Shown here in pieces: positions 43,350 through 51,177 of a stretch of 51,833 nt of DNA; the stretch's first letter is position 1; the number at the start of each line of letters is the position of its first letter. This DNA comes from a virus. Lineage: Duplodnaviria; Caudoviricetes. The position numbers and the translations under genes are program-made. The stretch is taken from IMG/VR virus record IMGVR_UViG_3300013285_000003, positions 1 to 51,833 of that record; one strand, written 5' to 3'. The notes below the pieces were generated by a model. That model made no database searches and was not told the DNA's origin. It saw only the letters and a program-made list of their open reading frames with translations.

Positions 43350-43616
43350 TGGTGGCGAGCTACTAGCTGCAGTGCAGGGAGGCGCATACGACCATACCAC
43401 TGATACCACCATCCGCTTTCGCAGACCAACACGGCTAGGCGCTACCTTTTCGCATTGATTTGTGGGTAGCCATGTCATACCCCTTTGGACTCAGATCAAT
43501 GCTGCTCGTCAGCCAATAACGCCTATGCGTGTTAATCCTCGTCTTTCCGAAGCGTCAGCCCCTAAAGCTAGGGCATTTGGTAGCTCGGCTGGTCGTGTGC
43601 CCTTACCTTGCTACCT
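43350..43616 (-). ncRNA. Tandem small structured RNA elements
   Basis: Pseudoknot GGTAGC/GCTACC + GGGCA/TGCCC; CTTCG-GAAAGA-CGAGG hairpin; long nested stem 43424-43537; GAAA hairpin; TGGTGG/CCACCA-closed junction. Confidence 0.55.
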
Positions 43617-43663
43617 TCGGTTGCTAACACCGCAAACCGATTCGGTTACAGCACAAAACCGAT

Positions 43664-43744
43664 TCAGATAAAACATAAGAATACAAAACACACTGCAAGG
43701 CCGACAAACCCTGCGGCCTCAGACCAGAGATTATATTCTCGCAT
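43664..43744 (-). CDS. 26-aa membrane peptide
   Basis: MREYNLWSEAAGFVGLAVCFVFLCFI, 2 nt after the upstream stop. Confidence 0.45.
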   Translation of the reverse strand: MREYNLWSEAAGFVGLAVCFVFLCFI

Positions 43745-43746
43745 GA

Positions 43747-43977
43747 TTAAACCCTCACAGCAATGGCGTGTTCAATGTCTGAAATGATTTGAGCATTCAA
43801 CTTGCGAGTAAGCCAAGGTGCGGCGTTACCACTGCGATCGAGCACCTCAAACTCGCACTCAAAATGGTCTTGTGCATCCCAATCGCTCGGAGCACTACGG
43901 CCTTGGCCTCTGTGCCACTTGGCGCCGATTACGTCAATGATGCAGGGTATGCCTGCGACACGGTGATTAAATTGCAT
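43747..43977 (-). CDS. Early hypothetical protein
   Basis: RVAGIPCII..SDWD..EFEVLDRSG..APWLTRKL. Confidence 0.65.
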   Translation of the reverse strand: MQFNHRVAGIPCIIDVIGAKWHRGQGRSAPSDWDAQDHFECEFEVLDRSGNAAPWLTRKLNAQIISDIEHAIAVRV

Positions 43978-43987
43978 GACAGGTCTT

Positions 43988-44332
43988 CTAGTTGTTGTAT
44001 TGATGGAATTCAGTCTTGATCCAGTCAGCGCACTGTGCAGCGGTGCCAACCAAACCGCATTGAGGGCTAAACAGTGATTTGCAGCGCTCGATGACAATGT
44101 ACTTGTCCTGATAACTAGACCACTGAATCTGGAAGCGTGCATCACGACGAGTAACTGTGTGGGTACCACCAAGGTCTGACAGGTCTAGCTCCTGACCTTC
44201 AGCGAGCGCTTCAATGGCCTCGAGGTCTTTCGCCTCGTAGCCGTTATCCTCAGAAAAAAAATCCAGCGCCACCAGTTTGCTCTCGGCTGGCTCGTAACCG
44301 TCGCTCCAAACTACTAAAAATTGTTTGTTCAT
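43988..44332 (-). CDS. Early hypothetical protein
   Basis: Own promoter and leader, AAGGGA SD, MNKQFLVVW. Confidence 0.7.
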   Translation of the reverse strand: MNKQFLVVWSDGYEPAESKLVALDFFSEDNGYEAKDLEAIEALAEGQELDLSDLGGTHTVTRRDARFQIQWSSYQDKYIVIERCKSLFSPQCGLVGTAAQCADWIKTEFHQYNN

Positions 44333-44373
44333 TTTTATTCCCTTTCTCTGTCCGATCAATTGACCGTGATTTA

Positions 44374-44402
44374 ATATTAACTTAAACAAATGAATCGTGC
44401 AA
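44374..44402 (-). promoter_or_regulatory. Early promoter TTGCAC-17-TAATAT
   Basis: Repeated promoter with GTTTAAGTTAATATTAAATC. Confidence 0.8.
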
Positions 44403-44426
44403 GGGGGTGATTAGCCCCCTGTTGTT

Positions 44427-45617
44427 TTATTGCACCTTGCAGCGTGTTAGCACGGTTTGCTTGCGACCATCACGGTCGTTCTGTGCCTTGACTGTGCCCT
44501 TGAGCGTAACGGTCTCGCCTACTTCTAAAACGTTGTTGGATGCAAACCAGACCAAACTATTGCCTGCAGCGTCAGCCAGCACGAACAAGAAGGTAGTGCC
44601 GTAGTCAGTCTCAAAGCTGTTGCGCTTGAGCACGGTAACCTCAACCAGCAGCTTATCGCCTACATTGCCGACATACTCGTTTGACTTCACAACAACGCTG
44701 CGTGCGGCCTGATCTTCTGTGGCACGAGCGTGCGCTGCAATGATCGATACGACATAACCAACGTAGCGAGCCGTTATAACGTCCGTGGCGAGCAAACTGC
44801 GCACGTTGTGGGCGTAGCTACCATTGTCGCCAGCAAAGTGCTCCAGCGCCCATTTAACAAGTTCCTGAGCCTGTTCCTGCAGGGCTGCAGCCTCAGCGTA
44901 GATCTGACGACGAGCCTCGATCTCTGCGTCTGTAGGCTGGATTGGTGGGGCAAACAGAAAGCCACGCACCTCGTTGCCTGTCGTCAGCAATGATGCCTGA
45001 CCGCCTGATTTCTCAGCGTAAGCCTCGGCCTGCTTAGTGCCGACGTAGCCAAAGCGCTTGGTAAAGGCCAAACCTAAAGCCACTGCGAAGTCGACAGGCA
45101 CCACGTTCTCGCCACGCAAACCATAGCCACCCTCTTCGTCGCCAAACGAGCCGATCGACCAGAACCAGTCAATATTCTTGGTGGGGTCAACGCCAAAGAA
45201 GTCCTTCAAGCACTGGCGACCAACGAGTTTATAGCCCTCGTCGTCTTTGAACAGGAAGGTTTGCTTACGAAAGCGTGAGGTGCTGCAGTGGTCACAACGT
45301 GAGGCCACGGTGAAGTATTCATCAGGCACAACCTGATCAGGCACTGTATTAATGATTGGGTCAAAGCCGACAGTGTGGTCGAGCGTAGCAACGAAAGTGT
45401 AGGCACCGAACTTCAGTGGCTCGTAGCTCAACACGATGCGCAAGAATTTCTCGTGCTGGTCTTCGCCGAGGTTGTTCTTGGTAGTCTTGACGAAAGGGGT
45501 GGTAGACTCGATTACCACTGGCGCCACGCCCAGAGCTGCGGCCTTCTTGTTAGCCTTAGCAATCTTGGACTGAACCAAGTCCAAAAAGCTGGGGGAGATT
45601 TCGATAGTCTTTTGCAT
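44427..45617 (-). CDS. Early protein with Zn-ribbon and C-terminal OB-fold-like domain
   Basis: CDHC..R.RK..VGRQCLKDF; YVGNVGDK..DAAGNSLVWFAS..VGETVTLKGTVK..KQTVLTRCK. Confidence 0.75.
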   Translation of the reverse strand: MQKTIEISPSFLDLVQSKIAKANKKAAALGVAPVVIESTTPFVKTTKNNLGEDQHEKFLRIVLSYEPLKFGAYTFVATLDHTVGFDPIINTVPDQVVPDEYFTVASRCDHCSTSRFRKQTFLFKDDEGYKLVGRQCLKDFFGVDPTKNIDWFWSIGSFGDEEGGYGLRGENVVPVDFAVALGLAFTKRFGYVGTKQAEAYAEKSGGQASLLTTGNEVRGFLFAPPIQPTDAEIEARRQIYAEAAALQEQAQELVKWALEHFAGDNGSYAHNVRSLLATDVITARYVGYVVSIIAAHARATEDQAARSVVVKSNEYVGNVGDKLLVEVTVLKRNSFETDYGTTFLFVLADAAGNSLVWFASNNVLEVGETVTLKGTVKAQNDRDGRKQTVLTRCKVQ

Positions 45618-45661
45618 GATGTTTTCCTGTTCTCTGTCCTGAGTAACGTCTCAGTGATTTA

Positions 45662-45691
45662 ATATTAACTTAAATTGTCTAGTCTCGTCAA
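45662..45691 (-). promoter_or_regulatory. Early promoter TTGACG-18-TAATAT
   Basis: Repeated promoter with TTTAAGTTAATATTAAATC. Confidence 0.75.
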
Positions 45692-45723
45692 ATTATTTTG
45701 TAGGGGGTTTCCCTAAGTGTTGT

Positions 45724-45743
45724 AAAAAAGCCCCCGAAGGGGC
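45724..45743 (-). terminator. Intrinsic terminator
   Basis: GCCCC-TTCG-GGGGC-TTTTTT. Confidence 0.85.
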
Positions 45744-45750
45744 GGTTGGT

Positions 45751-46077
45751 TTAGTGTTCAAAGGCCACGCACACTGTGCAACCCGATCGCTGGCAGTCGT
45801 GGTTCTTTTTGTACCTGCTGGCGCCAAAGTCAATTGGGTCTACAGAATCGAAGTATTCAATGTCGTAGCCTTCGTCATCGATATGGCAGATCTCATCCTT
45901 GCCAATCCAAGAGTCTGCAGCGGCAATCACAAATGTGGCCTCACCACCAGCGTTTAACGACTCTTCAATTTGAGCTGCGACCAGCAACACTTCAGCGTCA
46001 GTAAAAGTCTTTTGTTTATGCAAATCAGACAAGTGGTCACGGATTTCTTTCAAGCCTTTGGCGTTTACGGTTTTCAT
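45751..46077 (-). CDS. Early hypothetical protein
   Basis: AGGA SD after a hairpin; C-terminal HDCQRSGCTVC. Confidence 0.7.
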   Translation of the reverse strand: MKTVNAKGLKEIRDHLSDLHKQKTFTDAEVLLVAAQIEESLNAGGEATFVIAAADSWIGKDEICHIDDEGYDIEYFDSVDPIDFGASRYKKNHDCQRSGCTVCVAFEH

Positions 46078-46110
46078 ATCACTTTCCTAGCCCCTCTAGG
46101 GGGCGGTTGA

Positions 46111-46416
46111 TTAGACTTCGTTTGTGATCGCTAACAGTTGCTGAATCTTCTCATTCAACTTAGTGATTTCGTTCTCAGCCTTGGCACGCACCGATTGAAT
46201 CTCGGCCTTCAGCGCATCGACTGCATGAGCTTGAATGGCGTTGCGATCAAAAAAGGTGCACTTAACGACATCTGCCGAACCAACTAGGGTGTAACCGTAG
46301 TCGCTCAAGTCGTTGGTGCTAAACGTAAACCATTTAAGGTTGTTAGGGTTGCTGAGGTCAGACACATCAATGCAATCAAGAGCGTGTTGCGAGACCAAGA
46401 TATGAAGAGTAGTCAT
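46111..46416 (-). CDS. Early hypothetical protein
   Basis: AGGA SD after a hairpin; C-terminal coiled coil ending IQQLLAIT. Confidence 0.7.
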   Translation of the reverse strand: MTTLHILVSQHALDCIDVSDLSNPNNLKWFTFSTNDLSDYGYTLVGSADVVKCTFFDRNAIQAHAVDALKAEIQSVRAKAENEITKLNEKIQQLLAITNEV

Positions 46417-46450
46417 TTTAAATTCCTAAGCCCCCGTAGGGGCAGTGAGA

Positions 46451-46765
46451 TTAACGTGAGGTAACTTTTACAGAAAAAACGGCACAGACTTTGGTGTAGG
46501 CCACCAACTCATCGGCGGTGATGCCACGGTCAGCGCAAAGCTTTTTGTAGTCAACGGTTGAGCGATTGGCTTCAACTACTGTGGCTTTAAACATTGCACC
46601 TTCGTAAGTCTTATCGCCATTAGGCAGGGTGGCAGCATTCTTGATATCGTCTTTGATAGCATCGGCTTCTTTGGTCAGCTCAGAAATTTGAGCCAACAAG
46701 CTACCCAGTACGTCAACTTCTGAGATTTGCAGAGCAGAAACTTCAAGAGTAGAGATTGCGTTCAT
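46451..46765 (-). CDS. Early coiled-coil protein
   Basis: VDVLGSLLAQISELTKEADAIKDDIK..YEGAMFKATV..RSTVDYKKL. Confidence 0.7.
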   Translation of the reverse strand: MNAISTLEVSALQISEVDVLGSLLAQISELTKEADAIKDDIKNAATLPNGDKTYEGAMFKATVVEANRSTVDYKKLCADRGITADELVAYTKVCAVFSVKVTSR

Positions 46766-46806
46766 GTCACTTCCTTTTTCAATGTCCTGCATATCGCAGT
46801 GATTTA

Positions 46807-46835
46807 ATATTAACTTAAACAATCAAGCAGTGCAA
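46807..46835 (-). promoter_or_regulatory. Early promoter TTGCAC-17-TAATAT
   Basis: Repeated promoter with GTTTAAGTTAATATTAAATC. Confidence 0.8.
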
Positions 46836-46855
46836 GGGGGTTGCCCCCCTATTTT

Positions 46856-47104
46856 TTAAAGTATTCCGTAAATTGGTGTGTGTTCTGCAACATAGACAAA
46901 TTCAGCTAGAGCAGGCGACAGGTCTTTAAATGCTGCATTAGCCTGTGCCTCGGTATCAAACTTCTGATAACCAATTGCACGCTTAAAGTCCAGCTTGGCC
47001 TTAGATAACTGTGGACGAGTCATAGCTGGTGTTAGTTTTAACAATTGCTCACCAAGCTTTTGATCCCGTACTGCTAAGGCGTAATACGATTTACCGTGAT
47101 GCAT
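46856..47104 (-). CDS. Early hypothetical protein
   Basis: Own promoter and leader, AAGGA SD, MHHGKSYYAL. Confidence 0.7.
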   Translation of the reverse strand: MHHGKSYYALAVRDQKLGEQLLKLTPAMTRPQLSKAKLDFKRAIGYQKFDTEAQANAAFKDLSPALAEFVYVAEHTPIYGIL

Positions 47105-47145
47105 GATATTTCCTTTTCTCTGTCCGATCACTTGACCGTAATGTA

Positions 47146-47174
47146 ATATTAAATTAAACGAGTGGAGGTGTCAA
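47146..47174 (-). promoter_or_regulatory. Early promoter TTGACA-17-TAATAT
   Basis: Repeated promoter with GTTTAATTTAATATTA. Confidence 0.8.
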
Positions 47175-47229
47175 CACCTAAATGCAAATTATTTTCTAGG
47201 TGTTTACCCTTACTGTTGTTTTTATGCAA

Positions 47230-47772
47230 TTACACAACAAGCGTGCAATTCTCTTTTGGAAGGATCAAGCCAAAGTCATTGGTGAACAGACTATTAGTCA
47301 TGTAGCGGTAAATGTTGACCTTGCGTTTACTGGACTCCTTCCAAGTATTTTGGTGGCTGATACCGTTGCGCTCGCCTACTCTCACCCAGCCCATCTGACG
47401 CCAGAAGAGGTTAGAGGGTAGGTCATCCGCACAACCGCACGCAAAGTCGTCTATACCCCTCAGGTTGCCATGCGAGATGCCAGCGCTTAGTAATGCCTTG
47501 CCTCGAGCGATCAACCTAGCATCGGCCTGTAAACAGATCTGGTTGACCTTTGAGGGGTTGCCGTAGCTAAACATCACAAACCCCACGAGGTCGCCGTTCT
47601 CTTCGCAGACAAATAGCTGATCATTACAAGTCAGGCTCCAGCGTTTACCAGTCTTGACTCCAGTCACTGCAGCCGCATAGGCCATCTTGGGGATGAATCC
47701 CAGACACATAGACTCTTTGTTCGCCAGAGAGACAACGTAGGCGATGTCGTCCAGCGTGGCCTTGCGAATCAT
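47230..47772 (-). CDS. GNAT-family acetyltransferase
   Basis: MIRKATLDD, LFVCEENGDLVGFV, ARLIARGKALL (motif A-like), LPSNLFWRQMGW (motif B). Confidence 0.8.
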   Translation of the reverse strand: MIRKATLDDIAYVVSLANKESMCLGFIPKMAYAAAVTGVKTGKRWSLTCNDQLFVCEENGDLVGFVMFSYGNPSKVNQICLQADARLIARGKALLSAGISHGNLRGIDDFACGCADDLPSNLFWRQMGWVRVGERNGISHQNTWKESSKRKVNIYRYMTNSLFTNDFGLILPKENCTLVV

Positions 47773-48026
47773 CCCAGCAGCCTCTCGATCGTAACGTTCA
47801 GTGCGTCTAGCTCATCCATCTTTTTAATTGCCCACGCCCTCTTCTGTCCGTGCCAACCCATGAAGGCGCCTTGATGGCAGTCCTTACAGAGCGCCACACA
47901 GGTGTACTGGCGGTGTTGTTTAATATGGTGGGCATCAGAGGGTGGGGGAGCGTCGCAAACGCTGCAGGGCAGCTCCTTGACCTGTCCTATGTGTACTCGC
48001 TGCTTTGCGTTCAGTTTGTTATTCAT
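47769..48026 (-). CDS. Small HNH-like Zn-binding nuclease (Ref/DUF968-like)
   Basis: PCSVC..SDAHHI..VALCKDCHQG..GWHG. Confidence 0.7.
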   Translation of the reverse strand: MNNKLNAKQRVHIGQVKELPCSVCDAPPPSDAHHIKQHRQYTCVALCKDCHQGAFMGWHGQKRAWAIKKMDELDALNVTIERLLG

Positions 48027-49051
48027 GCCCTGCTCATCTCGTAAATTGAACTGCGGATGGCCTCAAGGGCGTCAGCCTTTTCTTTGATGATCTTGTGATA
48101 ATTCGAGCGCTGCACGTCCAGCAACATCTTGTACTCATCATCCGCCAGCATAGCCACCCTCTCGTTTAGCTCGTCACCATTCTTGACGATCTGAAAAGGA
48201 TCAATATTAAAACCGCTTTTCTCAAGAGTCAGTTTGCAGCGTGCGTCATAGAACAGCAAGGTGTTGTGCATCACGCACTCATAGAAACGGTTAGCCATGA
48301 AAGCATAGTTAGAGTGAGTGTGCTCATCCTCGAGATATAGGCTGTAGCGATAGTCGTATAGTCTGAGTCCAAATGGCTCGAACAAATCAATCTCTTTCTC
48401 ATACCACTGCAGCTTTTCAATAAACTTGGCCTTAATGCCAGCGGCCTGATACTTCAAGTGGTTCTTTCTTGACGAGCTGACAAACAAATTAGCGCTGTTG
48501 TAATCCAACATGTCTTTAATTCGGTGCTTTCTGAACGTGCCGTAGTAGACAACGTCACTTGAGCGCTTTACGTTTGCAGTGTTGTTGAAAGTAATCTCAT
48601 CAAATATGAGTGCGTTGAGGTTGACAGTGTGCCACTCATCAATCCAGTCATTCAATTTCTTTTCATTGATATTCTTGCCCAGTATCCAGTGCCGATAGCC
48701 AGAGCGTGGGTTATTGCAGATCATGTTGTACGGACGGTTATATTTCAATAACCACTTGCGCAACAGTATGTTGTCCTCGACGTCATGGTCGTTAATCAGC
48801 CAAAACATCTTGGCCTCATTATTGGCGACTAGAATGTCTAGGTATGCGTTGTACTTCATGTAAGGCGACGCATAGGCGCAGATGATCACGTCGTACTGTT
48901 TATCGATCACGCTAGGTATCTGCGACACATGACTGATCAGGTCGGCGCCTAGATAATCTGCAATGATCTGTGAATTCTTGATGTGCACAATCGACGACGG
49001 TGCATTGCAGTCGATTACTTTCTCACACGATTCAATAATTAGAATGTTCAT
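48023..49051 (-). CDS. GT-B glycosyltransferase resembling T4 DNA beta-glucosyltransferase
   Basis: Colinear with T4 BGT as recalled: MNILII, YDVII, FWLIND, DVVYYGTFR..R, NRFYE..LFYD, VKNGDELNERV, LLDVQ; 342 aa vs 351 aa. Confidence 0.75.
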   Translation of the reverse strand: MNILIIESCEKVIDCNAPSSIVHIKNSQIIADYLGADLISHVSQIPSVIDKQYDVIICAYASPYMKYNAYLDILVANNEAKMFWLINDHDVEDNILLRKWLLKYNRPYNMICNNPRSGYRHWILGKNINEKKLNDWIDEWHTVNLNALIFDEITFNNTANVKRSSDVVYYGTFRKHRIKDMLDYNSANLFVSSSRKNHLKYQAAGIKAKFIEKLQWYEKEIDLFEPFGLRLYDYRYSLYLEDEHTHSNYAFMANRFYECVMHNTLLFYDARCKLTLEKSGFNIDPFQIVKNGDELNERVAMLADDEYKMLLDVQRSNYHKIIKEKADALEAIRSSIYEMSRA

Positions 49052-49377
49052 AGCGCCATCTTGTCAGTCATTCGGTTGTTGGCCTGCTCTGTTCTCCACA
49101 CTTCCACTCTGGCCTGTGCTGCAATCAGATCCCAGCGTAGCGCCTCTTCAATCTGTACGGCCTCACGCAGCCCCTCGAGTAGTGCTATGTACTCAGGATC
49201 TGCATAGGCCTCACGTTCTTGGGCACCGATCGTGGATTCCATTGAACGTTTCATGCAGATGGCTTTGAGTGATTTTCGATACTCTTCCATATAAATTCTA
49301 TTGCCCTTCGCTGCGCTAAATTTTTTTGCGTTCTTGATGATGTAGTCAATCGCTTTGTGTGGATCTCTCTCGTTCAT
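49048..49377 (-). CDS. Conserved helical phage protein (UvsY-like candidate)
   Basis: AQEREAYADPEY..LRW..VEVWRTEQANNR. Confidence 0.6.
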   Translation of the reverse strand: MNERDPHKAIDYIIKNAKKFSAAKGNRIYMEEYRKSLKAICMKRSMESTIGAQEREAYADPEYIALLEGLREAVQIEEALRWDLIAAQARVEVWRTEQANNRMTDKMAL

Positions 49378-49516
49378 TACGTTTCTCCTTTTCTTTAATC
49401 ATGGCCTCTGCTGCGTCGTAACAAGCTTTTGCATCAGCTTGGTAATCACCCTCGTTCCCTAAACAAGACAACATTGCAAATGCTGCAAATAGGTCTATCA
49501 AGTCTTCGTTATTCAC
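49346..49516 (-). CDS. Small protein (56 aa)
   Basis: DLFAAFAM...CYDAAEAMIKE, a common small-phage-protein pattern; hand translated. Confidence 0.55.
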   Translation of the reverse strand: MNNEDLIDLFAAFAMLSCLGNEGDYQADAKACYDAAEAMIKEKEKRNERERSTQSD

Positions 49517-49604
49517 CAAGCCACCACCTTAAAAATAGTATGAGTGCGCACCATGCGCCATAGAACCAAAGCATCCAGTCACCCAACTCATGAGGAATGT
49601 TCAT
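49509..49604 (-). CDS. 31-aa Trp-rich membrane peptide
   Basis: MNIPHELGDWMLWFYGAWCALILFLRWWLGE; ATGA overlap. Confidence 0.5.
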   Translation of the reverse strand: MNIPHELGDWMLWFYGAWCALILFLRWWLGE

Positions 49605-49888
49605 AGAAAGCCGTGGTCAATTTTAAACAAGGGTGTCTTCATACCATCAGGAATCTCAGGGGCGGTACCGCTATGCTCAAAGAATGCCGCACACGCATGA
49701 AGTTTTAATTGCTCAATCAATCCAGCAGAATGGTTGTAGGCCATGGCTGACTTCACAAGATCGTTATTGTTTTCCATGATGTCTTCAACTACTTTAATCT
49801 GTTGTAGCAACATAAGCTGCACGGCCTGAATGCGTTCTAACTTGCGTCGCTGTTCGTTTATAACTTTTACTTCGTTTAATGGTTTCAT
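49601..49888 (-). CDS. Hypothetical protein
   Basis: GGAGG SD, ATGA overlap. Confidence 0.65.
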   Translation of the reverse strand: MKPLNEVKVINEQRRKLERIQAVQLMLLQQIKVVEDIMENNNDLVKSAMAYNHSAGLIEQLKLHACAAFFEHSGTAPEIPDGMKTPLFKIDHGFL

Positions 49889-50100
49889 TCCTCCACCCCA
49901 TCAATCCAGTTATCCAGTTTGCGATGCATCCACTGGCGGCGATCCTCTGCTGTGGTAATGACCTTATCATCGACAATCACTTTCGTCTTGTTTGCCATCT
50001 CTGCCTCAAACCGCTCGCCTTTTTCAAATGTGATTCTTTTGGAATGGCTGATCACGTCAACGACCATGCCTGTTAGATTGATTGCTGTTTCGTGGTTCAT
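49885..50100 (-). CDS. Hypothetical protein
   Basis: GGAG SD, ATGA overlap. Confidence 0.65.
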   Translation of the reverse strand: MNHETAINLTGMVVDVISHSKRITFEKGERFEAEMANKTKVIVDDKVITTAEDRRQWMHRKLDNWIDGVEE

Positions 50101-50687
50101 GTGTTTTTCTCCTTTAATGTTGATTCAATAGTACGGGCGATCAAAATAAAATCTGCAATATTTACATCATCTCTTGTGTACTGCGTATACAAGTCGTTAT
50201 AGGTTTCTGAAAGATCATCATCCGTCAGACCGACCCATTCTTTGCGTGGTGGTGCGGTGTATAAGTCATGCAAACCATCAGGCAAACTTTTAACTTTTAT
50301 ACTTCGTGGTGTTTCTATCCAATACCCTTTTTTGACACGAATTTGAGCAACAGGCTCTTGCTCAGGCTGTGATGCGTCATGTATATGCCCGTATTCGTAC
50401 ATTGAAGATAATCTCAATGGTTTATTTTGCTCAGGCTTGGCTAACGGGTGAAACTGTGAATAAAACATTTCTTGCACCGAATCAGGTCTGTTATAGCAAG
50501 CAACAACGTGTGTACCTTCAGGCGTTACATCAACACCTATGTCTACTGGCGGTAACGGCTTTTCGTAATTGGCTAACTCTTGCTCAAATGCTGAAATCAG
50601 TTCTAACTTTTCTGTTGCTTGTTCATCATCATGCGTTCGTAACAATTTAATAATGTTTAGCACTTGCTGCATAATTTCACGATTCAT
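50097..50687 (-). CDS. Mosaic hypothetical protein
   Basis: AKPEQ/QPEQEPVA and LYTAPPRKEWVGLTD modules. Confidence 0.65.
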   Translation of the reverse strand: MNREIMQQVLNIIKLLRTHDDEQATEKLELISAFEQELANYEKPLPPVDIGVDVTPEGTHVVACYNRPDSVQEMFYSQFHPLAKPEQNKPLRLSSMYEYGHIHDASQPEQEPVAQIRVKKGYWIETPRSIKVKSLPDGLHDLYTAPPRKEWVGLTDDDLSETYNDLYTQYTRDDVNIADFILIARTIESTLKEKNT

Positions 50688-50923
50688 TTCGTCACCTCTG
50701 CTTTAGCGATTGCTGCTTGTGCAATACGTTGCGCCCTTGCCCCGTTTGTCCATGCATCGTATGTTTCGTTTGCTATTTCTTTCAACGCCTCAAGCAACTC
50801 TTGATTAACCTCATGCAGGCGGCGAAGTTCGGCTGCGGCTTGTGGATTTGGGAACATCGACTCCATCTGTTCAAGAAAAGAAGCAATGCGTTCTGCGTAG
50901 GATTTTGGTTTTGCGTCTGTCAT
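50684..50923 (-). CDS. Hypothetical protein
   Basis: AAELRRLHEVNQELLEALK..AAIAKAE. Confidence 0.65.
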   Translation of the reverse strand: MTDAKPKSYAERIASFLEQMESMFPNPQAAAELRRLHEVNQELLEALKEIANETYDAWTNGARAQRIAQAAIAKAEVTK

Positions 50924-51177
50924 TTCGTCACCTCGTCTAGTGCGTAAAGTTTTGTACCTGACGGAAAAGAATGCTCATAATTTGCAATCATATAAACGCT
51001 GTCATCACTAAATGGATGGTTATGATCGACTATAGCAACAGGCTTCAACGCTTTCAACTCACGGGCTGCGGCGAGTGCTTCGCTCACTTCTCTCAACGTG
51101 TGTGGATATTGCCCATGTGACTCAAACAAAAGTTTGGTTTTGTAAAGCGCATCAATGATTGTGTCTATTCGGCTCAT
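50920..51177 (-). CDS. Hypothetical protein
   Basis: ATGA overlaps; KPVA..GTKLYAL. Confidence 0.65.
   Translation of the reverse strand: MSRIDTIIDALYKTKLLFESHGQYPHTLREVSEALAAARELKALKPVAIVDHNHPFSDDSVYMIANYEHSFPSGTKLYALDEVTK

Noticed and set aside
43350-43411. tRNA gene (ends in CCACCA)
   Set aside because: Only ~62 nt, with no TTC-containing T-loop and no D or anticodon arm geometry; kept only as a structured element
43560-43616. HDV-like/theta ribozyme
   Set aside because: P1/P2-like pseudoknot is present, but I could not identify a convincing P3, P1.1 or P4
44333-47174. Repeated GATTTAATATTAACTTAAAC as a CRISPR array or integron attC sites
   Set aside because: Copies are hundreds to thousands of bases apart, coincide with -10 boxes, and there is no cas or integrase gene; explained as promoters
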